NCBI GenBank assembly: GCA_964350735.1
Contig: CAYGKO010000001.1
Location: 182,578 to 246,577, forward strand
From: an uncultured Candidatus Saccharibacteria bacterium
GTDB taxonomy: Bacteria > Patescibacteriota > Minisyncoccia > Phycocordibacterales > UBA918
Direction of reading: 5' to 3'
Length of the DNA: 64,000 nucleotides
Of this stretch, positions 29,113 through 37,309 are shown one piece after another. Made by a program: the position numbers and the translations under genes. Numbering within the stretch: position 1 is the first letter of the stretch; the number at the start of each line of letters is the position of its first letter. The notes below the pieces were generated by a model. It ran no database searches. It was given only the letters and a program-made list of their open reading frames with translations, and was not told the origin of the DNA.

Positions 29113-30567
29113 CATAGTTGAAAAATCAGCATTCTTAGGGGTCCTTGCGAGCATATCGTAAGGACTTTTAAGTTGTGGTTGAGCCATTTTCTTATCTTTG
29201 AGCAAGGAGTTCGAAAGTACCTCATAGGCCATTTCTCGTTTACGCTCTGGAATTGCTTTCAAATACCTAGATTTGGCTCTACTACTGGCTATAAATAGCT
29301 TTTTTGTACGTTCGAGAGTAACTAAAGGGTCTTGGGTATTTTGTTTGAGATTGTTGAGGGATTTTGTCAGTGCGATACGGCTATGTTTAATTTCTGCCTG
29401 CTTTGCCTCATACGTTTCTTTGTTGATGCTCTCAGCTAGATACGTATCAAGTAGTTTATTTTCACGGACTTTGAGTATATCCAATTCACGCTGTGTGTTT
29501 TCAAGATGAGTTGTGTCTAATTCTCCCTCATGCTCAAGTTTTTCCAAAGCTGCTTGGTACATGATTTCTATCAGCTCCTCATCAAAAGCAATATCATCAA
29601 AGATTGAGACAAATTGCTCTTCTAATTTCTCTTGGCGCAAGAATAGCCGTTTTTGGTCGCAGATACCTTTTCCATTAGTGCAGTGGTAGTAGATGTACGT
29701 TTTTTGTTTTTCAGCAGTGACAGCGCAGCCACAGACACCACAGGTGTATAAACCAGTAAGAGGGAAGACGTGTTTTTGAGTCCGTGGCTTAGAACCGCCG
29801 GTCATGACCGTTTGGCATTGGTCGTAGAGGTCTTTAGTGACGATGGTATCAAAGCTCGCTTCGTAGTATTTTCCTGAATACAGTATCACACCGTGATAAA
29901 TAGGATTCTTGAGAATGCGTTGAATCGGCCCACAGTGTACTTTCTTGCCAGAGCGGGTGCGCATGCCTTTGTCATACATGTGGCCAGCTAATTCACGGAT
30001 GCTGTAGAGACCAGTAGCGTAATGCTCATACATCATGCGGACATACTCACCACGTACAGGGTCAATGTATAAAGTCTTGTCTACTTTGTTATTGAGATAG
30101 CCAAAGGGTGCGTTACAAGGCCAACCACCCTGACTGAGTTTTTGACGATTACCCCGCTTCACGTTTTCGGATAAATCACGAGAGTATTGGTTAGCCATAC
30201 CAAGCTCCACCGCCATCATAAGGACGTTGTCTGAGGGTAGGTATTCTTTCTCGTAGGTCTGGATGCTTTTGAGAACGTTGCGTTGTAGTAGGTCAATGAT
30301 TAGTCCGCCATCAATAAAGTTGCGAGCCAGTCTGTCTAGTTTCCAGCAGAGAAGACCGTCAGCTTTGCCAGCTTGAATTTGCTGCATAACGTTATTGAAT
30401 ACTGGACGCCCGACAGTCTTGGCGGACATACTTTCATGGTAGACGGCGGTAATTTCAATACCAAGGAGAGCAGCTGTTTCTGTTAGCTCACGCTCTTGTG
30501 CATCGAGGGACTGGATTTGTCTGTCCTCAGACTCTTGTGACTTTCGGCAGTAGAGGATGTATTTCAT
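29086..30567 (-). CDS. large serine recombinase (integrase)
   Basis: YCRKS catalytic Ser, KLDRLARN, APFGY recombinase domain, CGVCG..YYHC..C zinc ribbon, coiled coil. Confidence 0.95.
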   Translation of the reverse strand: MKYILYCRKSQESEDRQIQSLDAQERELTETAALLGIEITAVYHESMSAKTVGRPVFNNVMQQIQAGKADGLLCWKLDRLARNFIDGGLIIDLLQRNVLKSIQTYEKEYLPSDNVLMMAVELGMANQYSRDLSENVKRGNRQKLSQGGWPCNAPFGYLNNKVDKTLYIDPVRGEYVRMMYEHYATGLYSIRELAGHMYDKGMRTRSGKKVHCGPIQRILKNPIYHGVILYSGKYYEASFDTIVTKDLYDQCQTVMTGGSKPRTQKHVFPLTGLYTCGVCGCAVTAEKQKTYIYYHCTNGKGICDQKRLFLRQEKLEEQFVSIFDDIAFDEELIEIMYQAALEKLEHEGELDTTHLENTQRELDILKVRENKLLDTYLAESINKETYEAKQAEIKHSRIALTKSLNNLKQNTQDPLVTLERTKKLFIASSRAKSRYLKAIPERKREMAYEVLSNSLLKDKKMAQPQLKSPYDMLARTPKNADFSTMCGIGESNS

Positions 30568-30580
30568 ATGCTATTCATAG

Positions 30581-31414
30581 TTAGCGTGTCTTTAGACTAT
30601 ACAAACTCCGCATTTCAGACAACTGTTCAGGACTCAGATTGTATGTTGCACAAAAAGTTGGGTTTTCTATAACAGGACGTTTTTTTGATGGTTTGGTAAT
30701 GTATGCGTATAGTGATTTATGGTCAGCGAGATAGTCCATAATCTCTCCCGCTATGTGTTCATGAGAAATAACCTCTGGTTTGTATAGACCTCGACTGGAG
30801 AAATATTTCTTCCTACCGACCAATCGTTTATCGAGCGCATCCTTAGTCATGTATTTTGTCATATATCTACCTACGTTCGGTATTTTGCTGACATTCTTTT
30901 TCTTGATATGGCCATGCTCCCAAATAGAAGCAAATTCTCCAGTATTAAATTCATGCCTAGCGTTAATCTTCGGGAGATTAAAGAAGACTGCATGATAGTG
31001 GACTGCTCCACGTTTTTGAAACTCTGGGACTGCAACATATTTTACAATTGATTCTTTAGTGCCGTACGTATGATAATTCAAGCGTTTAATATAATTTGTG
31101 AAGAGAGTATTTGCAGTCGCTATATCTTTAATGTTTTCATGAATCGTGTAGGTTAGAAATTGAGGTTGAATTATTACTTCAAACTCATCCAGCCACATAC
31201 GAGAATTAGCGTTTATTAGCCTAATGAGTGCATTTCTTGTACGACTCAAAGAACTTTCACTGGTGACTTGTTCAGCCAACATTCTCCTTTTACGGTATGG
31301 TGCCTGTTTTTTACTTGAAAGAAGGTCGTAGCCGATTGCTTTAGTAAACTGCTGGGCCTCAACAATGTGACCTGAAATAATTATTTTGTAGTGACTGACT
31401 CGTGGTTTTGCCAT
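30581..31414 (-). CDS. rolling-circle replication initiator (HUH Rep)
   Basis: Motif I FLTYT, motif II EFQKRGAVHYHAVF, motif III YMTKYMTK, YFSSRGL. Confidence 0.88.
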   Translation of the reverse strand: MAKPRVSHYKIIISGHIVEAQQFTKAIGYDLLSSKKQAPYRKRRMLAEQVTSESSLSRTRNALIRLINANSRMWLDEFEVIIQPQFLTYTIHENIKDIATANTLFTNYIKRLNYHTYGTKESIVKYVAVPEFQKRGAVHYHAVFFNLPKINARHEFNTGEFASIWEHGHIKKKNVSKIPNVGRYMTKYMTKDALDKRLVGRKKYFSSRGLYKPEVISHEHIAGEIMDYLADHKSLYAYITKPSKKRPVIENPTFCATYNLSPEQLSEMRSLYSLKTR

Positions 31415-31490
31415 AAATAGTTTCGAATTATGTGTATATAAAATCAAGTCACTTTCTGCTCCGCAGAAAGGCCGGCATCGGCCTTTCGCC

Positions 31491-31685
31491 TCACCCCACG
31501 AGGGGGCGAGGGCGAGACGAAAGCCGCTCCCGACCCACCCCAACCGTTTGAGGAAAAGAAAAAGATATATATAGTTGCGAGAACGAGGCTAGGTGTAGCT
31601 GCGCTTGTTCGCAGGAAATAGACACCGCATGTGTATCTAACATGTACCGCTTATACCGTGTGACTAATTCATTACTAAATTCCAT
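31491..31685 (-). CDS. small hypothetical protein
   Basis: 64 aa ORF upstream of rep, same strand. Confidence 0.5.
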   Translation of the reverse strand: MEFSNELVTRYKRYMLDTHAVSISCEQAQLHLASFSQLYISFSFPQTVGVGRERLSSRPRPLVG

Positions 31686-31746
31686 TAACTACAGAATACA
31701 AAAAGACCCCGAGCTAACTCGGGTCAAAGTAGGGTTAGTTTTAACA

Positions 31747-32430
31747 CTAATTTAGGTACTTAGGATTAACCTTTATCGCACCATTCTCAGTGCTTCCAAA
31801 ATCTAGAAATGCACTAATCTTGTCTTCAGTATGTTTCTGTACAGCTTTATTTAAATTTTTACACGCGTTGATATATGTACTAGCTTCAACGTCTGAGTCA
31901 TAAACACCTTCGTTACGAAGTTCAGCATAAGAATATTCATTTTCTGTACCGTTTTCAAAAATATGTTTCAAAATAAAGTGGTGGACAGGTTTATTTTGTC
32001 TTCGAGAAACTGGAATAGTGAGACCTCTCACACTTAGTACGCTGTTTTCAATATCATACTCAAGCTCTTTGGTACTAATCTCCTTGAGAGGTACACCATT
32101 ACTTAGCTCACGATAAATTTTCCAAGGGTTGCCTAAAACCCACAACTCAAAACGTAAGTCTGGCTCTTCTAGCTGTCTAGGTGTAATTTCACCGTGCTCA
32201 ATTAGCTGCATTTCATTCTCGTGATCAACTGGTTCTGATGAGTACCGAAACTCAAATACTTCTAAGGGAGCCAATTCAGCTAGAGTAGTATTGAAGCTGT
32301 GGAAGTTCATACCAACACCTTGAATATCTAGGTCCCTAATGTAAATCACTGGAAAATCAGACTCCTCCTTTTCATTTTGATATAGCTTGCTGATGATTAC
32401 CTCAAGCACTTTGATGAGTTTTTCACCCAT
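31747..32430 (-). CDS. hypothetical protein, possible C-terminal winged helix
   Basis: 227 aa ORF coupled to the HTH gene. Confidence 0.75.
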   Translation of the reverse strand: MGEKLIKVLEVIISKLYQNEKEESDFPVIYIRDLDIQGVGMNFHSFNTTLAELAPLEVFEFRYSSEPVDHENEMQLIEHGEITPRQLEEPDLRFELWVLGNPWKIYRELSNGVPLKEISTKELEYDIENSVLSVRGLTIPVSRRQNKPVHHFILKHIFENGTENEYSYAELRNEGVYDSDVEASTYINACKNLNKAVQKHTEDKISAFLDFGSTENGAIKVNPKYLN

Positions 32431-32435
32431 AGTGT

Positions 32436-32642
32436 CTATACTAAATCTTTAATATCAACTTTTAAGGCTTTGGCGAATTTCTCCATACTAGTAAGAGTGA
32501 TGTTTTTCTCACCACGCTCAATCATTCCAACATAGGTGCGGTGTACTTTCGCTAGCTCGCCAAGACGTTCTTGAGACAGGTCACGCTCATCACGTAAACA
32601 TCGAACGCGCTTACCAAACTTTTTGAGTAGAGGTGATTTCAT
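32436..32642 (-). CDS. XRE-family HTH regulator (controller-protein-like)
   Basis: FGKRVR..LSQERLG..HRTYVGMIERGEKNITL. Confidence 0.9.
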   Translation of the reverse strand: MKSPLLKKFGKRVRCLRDERDLSQERLGELAKVHRTYVGMIERGEKNITLTSMEKFAKALKVDIKDLV

Positions 32643-32661
32643 TACATACAGCGTATGTAAT
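32641..32661. promoter_or_regulatory. palindromic operator
   Basis: ATTACATAC-AGC-GTATGTAAT between divergent HTH and GIY-YIG genes. Confidence 0.6.
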
Positions 32662-32697
32662 TGCTAACTTTGATTCTACATACTATAGTTAGCACAT

Positions 32698-32976
32698 ATG
32701 CATTGCTACGTGTACATAGTTGAGTGCTCAAATGGAGGACTCTATACTGGAATAACTAAGAATTTACGTAAGAGATTAAACCAACACAATGGTTTTCTGA
32801 AAGGTGGAGCGTATTACACGCGTATGCATCGACCGGTTAAATTTGTTCATATTGAGCGTTATTCAAGTAGGAAATTATCAAGAGAGCGTGAATTGGAGAT
32901 ACAATCATGGGAGCATGATGCAAAAATTGGCCTGATTGCAGGAACATCAAAAGAGCAAATCATCTCGTCTATTTAA
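32698..32976 (+). CDS. GIY-YIG nuclease family protein
   Basis: YVYIVEC..LYTGIT..RLNQHN..GAYYTR..RE. Confidence 0.9.
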   Translation: MHCYVYIVECSNGGLYTGITKNLRKRLNQHNGFLKGGAYYTRMHRPVKFVHIERYSSRKLSRERELEIQSWEHDAKIGLIAGTSKEQIISSI

Positions 32977-33016
32977 TATTGTTGACAGCGAAGGCACATA
33001 GTTGCAATATATCTAT

Positions 33017-34252
33017 ATGGCAACAGGCTCTATTGAAAAAAATGAAACTAGAAAGGGAGTGACGGAATTTTTTTATGTACTAAAAGAAGGGGATTCTGAG
33101 TTGCACAGGAATAAGATATTTATCGTAGATACAGTAAAATCACAAGTAAGGATGTTTCCGACAAATGCCGGCATCCCAGAAGTTGTTTTTGAAAACAGAA
33201 CTAAAGTGCCTCTAGCGCTTGTTACCGATAAGGCAAAATTTATAGCTGGTAGTTTTATTCAATATAGATTGACTAAGGAAAATATAACAATAAAAAAGAT
33301 TGTTATTGATAAAGGAATTAAAGATAGGATTGATAAGAAAACAGGAGTTTTATACCTAGAATATGAAAAACTTTTAAAGTTTAAAAAAAGACTTGCAAGA
33401 ATAACCCAGGATGCAAAGGATGATAAGTCACTAGAAGCTGATTTCTATGTTCATGATATTTTGCCTGAACACTTTAATGATCCCGATGGTGTAGGAAATT
33501 CAGTTTCAAAAAAGTTATCGAGTATATTCGACAATCTAACAGAAGATATTATTGAACATATTCCCAGAAAAAATGTCGACGAGTTATTTGAGTTTGTTAG
33601 CACTATCTTGGATAAACGGTACAAAACAGCTAAAGATAAAAAACGCCTATTGGAGTTTGTAAGAATTAAAGTTAATGAAAAACCCATTGAAGAACTAATA
33701 GGTGAATTTGAGAAAAACATTAAGGATGTTGTATCTGAAAGTGATTGGTCTAAGTTTATTAAACGTAATCTATTTTTGATTGACCCTAATTACGTTAAGC
33801 ATTACCCAGAACTTGGTGTGACTCTTGGTATTAAAATTCGTAAGGTTGATTTTGGATTGCTCGATGTTCAATCAAACTTAGATATTTTCGAAATAAAGAC
33901 AGACAGGACTCAATTGCTTGCAACAGGAGAAGACAGGGGTAATCATTATTGGAGTACGGCTGCTATAAAGGCAATTACCCAGGCAGAAAAGTATTTGTAT
34001 AATGCTGAAAGAAATGCAGACTCGTTAGAGAAGGCTCTTTTAAGAGAGACAGCTGATGAGGTTAATGTTGTAAGGCCTAGAGTTATACTTTTAATGGGTA
34101 ATAGCAGGCAACTTAAAACAAAAAATCAGAAAGAAGATTTTAGGGTTTTAAGAAAATCGCTAAAAAATATTGAGATTGTCTTGTATGACGAATTATTAAG
34201 TAAACTAACTGGTCTGAAAGATAAAAAATCTTTGTTTGGAAGTAATGAGTAA
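33017..34252 (+). CDS. Shedu-like (DUF4263) anti-phage nuclease
   Basis: C-terminal E..W..F, VDF, EIKT, AITQAEKY, RPRVILLMG, IEIVLYDELL. Confidence 0.8.
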   Translation: MATGSIEKNETRKGVTEFFYVLKEGDSELHRNKIFIVDTVKSQVRMFPTNAGIPEVVFENRTKVPLALVTDKAKFIAGSFIQYRLTKENITIKKIVIDKGIKDRIDKKTGVLYLEYEKLLKFKKRLARITQDAKDDKSLEADFYVHDILPEHFNDPDGVGNSVSKKLSSIFDNLTEDIIEHIPRKNVDELFEFVSTILDKRYKTAKDKKRLLEFVRIKVNEKPIEELIGEFEKNIKDVVSESDWSKFIKRNLFLIDPNYVKHYPELGVTLGIKIRKVDFGLLDVQSNLDIFEIKTDRTQLLATGEDRGNHYWSTAAIKAITQAEKYLYNAERNADSLEKALLRETADEVNVVRPRVILLMGNSRQLKTKNQKEDFRVLRKSLKNIEIVLYDELLSKLTGLKDKKSLFGSNE

Positions 34253-34275
34253 ACTTATAATAATGTACTGAAAAT

Positions 34276-34923
34276 ATGAATATAAACGACATCTACCTTA
34301 AATATAGAATTAATAAAGGTTTACGAGAGCATATGGTCCGAGTGGCTGCTGTTGCTCAGCTTATCTGTGATAAGTCCACCGTTGAGCTTGATGCCAAAAA
34401 CATAGTTACTGCGTGTCTTCTGCATGATATGGGTAACTTAATTAAAGCTAAGATGGACAGCATGCCAGAATTGTATGAGCCGGAAGGTGTAGCTTACTGG
34501 ACACAAGTGCAAGCTGAGATGATAGAGAAATATGGTGCTGATGAGCATACAGCCACTGTAGATATTGTAAACGAGATTGCTCCAGGAGATGAAGTTTTGC
34601 ATTATGTTTTTGACGCTATCGGTACAGAAAATACTGCCAAGGTCCACGTAGATGAGTCATTGGGTGCTAAAATTGCTACATACAGTGATATGCGCGTTGG
34701 TCCTTTTGGAATCATCAGTATAAAAGAGAGAATGGATGACCTTAGAGTCAGATATATTTCTCGGAATAAGCCTGGATTTTCAGCAGAAGATATCGACCAA
34801 AGAGAACAAATGCTCGAAGATATCGAAAATGTAATATTTGCCAGCTCTACTATTACCGCAAGCGATGTGACAGATGAGTCAACGCAGTTGCTACAAGAAA
34901 ACCTTCTCAATTGGGAGATCTAA
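34276..34923 (+). CDS. HD-domain phosphohydrolase
   Basis: EHMVRVA, LLHDMGN, YSDMRV. Confidence 0.85.
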   Translation: MNINDIYLKYRINKGLREHMVRVAAVAQLICDKSTVELDAKNIVTACLLHDMGNLIKAKMDSMPELYEPEGVAYWTQVQAEMIEKYGADEHTATVDIVNEIAPGDEVLHYVFDAIGTENTAKVHVDESLGAKIATYSDMRVGPFGIISIKERMDDLRVRYISRNKPGFSAEDIDQREQMLEDIENVIFASSTITASDVTDESTQLLQENLLNWEI

Positions 34924-34935
34924 CGCTGTAAATAG

Positions 34936-34963
34936 GTTCAAACATCGTCCCGCAAACCGCACA
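34936..34963 (+). repeat. att-like repeat 1
   Basis: GTTCAAACATCGTCCCGCAAACCGCACA. Confidence 0.9.
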
Positions 34964-35082
34964 CGAGATTTAAGCGCCAGCAATGGCGCTTTTGCTGTTT
35001 GAGAGTTGAGAATAATATTGACTACACAGCAATATTATGCTATAATCCTATTCAGGAATTCATCAAGACATAGGAGGTTCTG

Positions 35083-35643
35083 ATGAAAGTAATGTCAATC
35101 ACTGGCGCTTCTGGTGTTGGTAAATCGACTCTTGAAAAAGCATTAGTCGCGCACTTTGGAGGCGGGAGAGTCAGGACAATTACGACTCGACCACCAAGGG
35201 AAGGTGAAACTTCGTCAGATTATGATTTCCAGACCAGGGAATCATTGATTGGCCGCACCGACTTACTCTGGAATGTTGAAATTCATGGAAATCTTTACTC
35301 TGTGGCTGAATCTGAATTTGATAAAGCCGCGAGCGAAACAGGTGGATTTGCATTTGTTTGCATAACGCCTGAACGCCATGATTTTCTGTCTGATTACTTC
35401 AGGCCTAAAGGTGTGCGTACTATTCCAGTTCATTTGGTTAGCCCAGGTAATGTGGAATTAGAACGTAGACTAAGAGCTCGCGGTGAATCTGAAGAGGCGA
35501 TTCTGAAGAGAATCGACGATTCTAGAGAGTTTGAAGCAAACGCTTCTAAGGTTGAAAGATTGAACTTTGTTCAGCCTGATACCCCGGAGGTTGTGTTTGC
35601 TGAAGTTGTACGACTGTACCATGACGCCAACACCCTGAAATGA
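35083..35643 (+). CDS. guanylate kinase-like protein
   Basis: GASGVGKST, TTRPPREGE, HGNLY, LERRLRARG. Confidence 0.85.
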   Translation: MKVMSITGASGVGKSTLEKALVAHFGGGRVRTITTRPPREGETSSDYDFQTRESLIGRTDLLWNVEIHGNLYSVAESEFDKAASETGGFAFVCITPERHDFLSDYFRPKGVRTIPVHLVSPGNVELERRLRARGESEEAILKRIDDSREFEANASKVERLNFVQPDTPEVVFAEVVRLYHDANTLK

Positions 35644-35699
35644 AGACATCCTGTCTGAATTTGGGGTGTTTTCTTTTGTATTTGAGTTATTATTGATAC

Positions 35700-36107
35700 A
35701 TGGAAAAAATACCAAGAATAGGGGTTGGTGTCATCATTACAAAAGACAATAAGGTTTTATTAGGGCAGCGTAAGAATGCACACGGCACCGGTAGCTGGTG
35801 CCCACCGGGGGGACATTTAGAGTTTATGGAGACCATCGAAGACTGCGCTCGTCGAGAAACTATGGAAGAGGTGGGAGTGAAAATTAAAAATATTCAGAAA
35901 CCTGTTTTTACGGAAGACTTCTTTAAAGAAGAAGATAGACACTACATAACCATGGTTGTGACAACCGAATGGGATTCAGGCGAACCAAAATTAATGGAGC
36001 CAGATAAATGTGAACAATGGGATTGGTTTAATTGGGATGAGTTGCCGTCACCACTCTTTTTACCTATGCAGAATCATATTGACCAAGGCTATAATCCTTT
36101 TCAATAA
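35700..36107 (+). CDS. NUDIX hydrolase (NUDT15-like)
   Basis: PRIGVGV, PGGHLEFMETIEDCARRETMEEVG, EPDKCEQWDWF. Confidence 0.92.
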   Translation: MEKIPRIGVGVIITKDNKVLLGQRKNAHGTGSWCPPGGHLEFMETIEDCARRETMEEVGVKIKNIQKPVFTEDFFKEEDRHYITMVVTTEWDSGEPKLMEPDKCEQWDWFNWDELPSPLFLPMQNHIDQGYNPFQ

Positions 36108-36109
36108 AA

Positions 36110-36137
36110 GTTCGAACATCGTCCCACAACCCGCACA
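36110..36137 (+). repeat. att-like repeat 2
   Basis: GTTCGAACATCGTCCCACAACCCGCACA. Confidence 0.9.
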
Positions 36138-36327
36138 ATACAATTTGCCGCCTTCGGGCGGCTTTTGTATTGTGCGGGATAGGGGTGCAGCTTTTCGGAG
36201 AAAAGCGTTGCACGAATCGAAAAGCTTTTGAGACAGATTCGACCAAAGGGAGAATATGTCCAAAAGGTGTACTGCTCCTGTAAGGAGAGATTCTCCAATC
36301 TCAAAATATAATGATATTCTTACAATT

Positions 36328-36954
36328 ATGATTTCAGTAGCCATACAAGGTGCAGGTGGAAAATTAGGTTCAAAAATTGCGGAACATTTAGAACGTTCTG
36401 ATAATTTTAAGTACGTTGGTCCAATCACACGAGAATCAGATGTTCCTGACTGCGATGTGGTTGTTGATGTTTCTGGGGCTGAAGGCACTAAAGCTCTTAT
36501 TTCTAAACTGAATGGGCAAAAATTACTTATAGGGTCTACCGGTGATTTACCCGTAGACATGTTGGAAAGTTACGCACATCAGGCAGCAGTGCTGACCGCA
36601 CCAAATTTTTCAATTGGTATGAGGATTTTATATAAACTTTTACAAAATATTGAACCCTCAAAGTGTAGTGGATTTGAGAAGGTGATTGATGATGTTCACC
36701 ATATTCATAAAATAGACTCCCCAAGTGGTACAGCCTTAAAGATGCAAACTATTCTGAAGGAGAACAATATCGATGTATGTATAAAAAGTGAACGTTCCGC
36801 AGAGGTGTTAGGAGATCACTCATTAGTGCTTCAAAATAAAAATGAGCGAATCAGGTTGTCTCATGAAGTTTTGAACAGAGATGTCTATGCGGAAGGTTGT
36901 TTAGAATTAATTTCTGAATTAGTCACTTTGGACAAGGGTCTACACATTAGATAA
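36328..36954 (+). CDS. dapB: 4-hydroxy-tetrahydrodipicolinate reductase
   Basis: GAGGKLG, APNFSIG, HHIHKIDSPSGTA, GDH, NRDVYAEG. Confidence 0.88.
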   Translation: MISVAIQGAGGKLGSKIAEHLERSDNFKYVGPITRESDVPDCDVVVDVSGAEGTKALISKLNGQKLLIGSTGDLPVDMLESYAHQAAVLTAPNFSIGMRILYKLLQNIEPSKCSGFEKVIDDVHHIHKIDSPSGTALKMQTILKENNIDVCIKSERSAEVLGDHSLVLQNKNERIRLSHEVLNRDVYAEGCLELISELVTLDKGLHIR

Positions 36955-36958
36955 AAAA

Positions 36959-36986
36959 GTTCGAACATCGTCCCGCAAGGCACACA
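36959..36986 (+). repeat. att-like repeat 3
   Basis: GTTCGAACATCGTCCCGCAAGGCACACA. Confidence 0.9.
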
Positions 36987-37028
36987 ACTTAATTTGACAA
37001 AAAATATAGAACCTGATATTTTCAAGTC

Positions 37029-37100
37029 ATGCAACGAACTGCAATACAAATGAATTGGCGCCACACTCGATATTCTCGTCGAGCGGCCTTTGTGTTGTAG
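37029..37100 (+). CDS. putative leader peptide (23 aa)
   Basis: MQRTAIQMNWRHTRYSRRAAFVL just after TTGACA-17-TATTTT; terminator at 37147-37169. Confidence 0.4.
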   Translation: MQRTAIQMNWRHTRYSRRAAFVL

Positions 37101-37309
37101 TTTGTAACTCCTTCCCCATATCATTCTAAATTCTAGAAGACAAGATCCGCTCCCTGAGGAGCGGTTTTTGTTGCCCAAGGTTGGGAAGAACAATCATAGA
37201 ACCTTGAAAGGAATTGAAGATATCTACGATCAAAGTCATCTAGAATGACTTACACGGCTTTCGTATAGCTCGCAAAAATCGGGCTTCAAAAACCCAAAGG
37301 AGAAAGATC

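Larger units (their letters stand above)
29107..34963. mobile_element. integrative element at tRNA-Gly(TCC): serine recombinase, RCR Rep and defence cargo
   Basis: Bounded by core CCGCACA at the tRNA 3' end and at 34957-34963; integrase reads into the tRNA; AT-rich cargo. Confidence 0.85.

Noticed and set aside
29086-34963. Prophage or inovirus
   Set aside because: No capsid, terminase, Zot/pI ATPase or small coat-protein genes were recognised.
34936-36986. Three 28-bp repeats as a CRISPR array
   Set aside because: The intervening segments are 0.8-1.15 kb and gene-bearing, no cas genes are present, and the repeats match the tRNA core and integrase tail.
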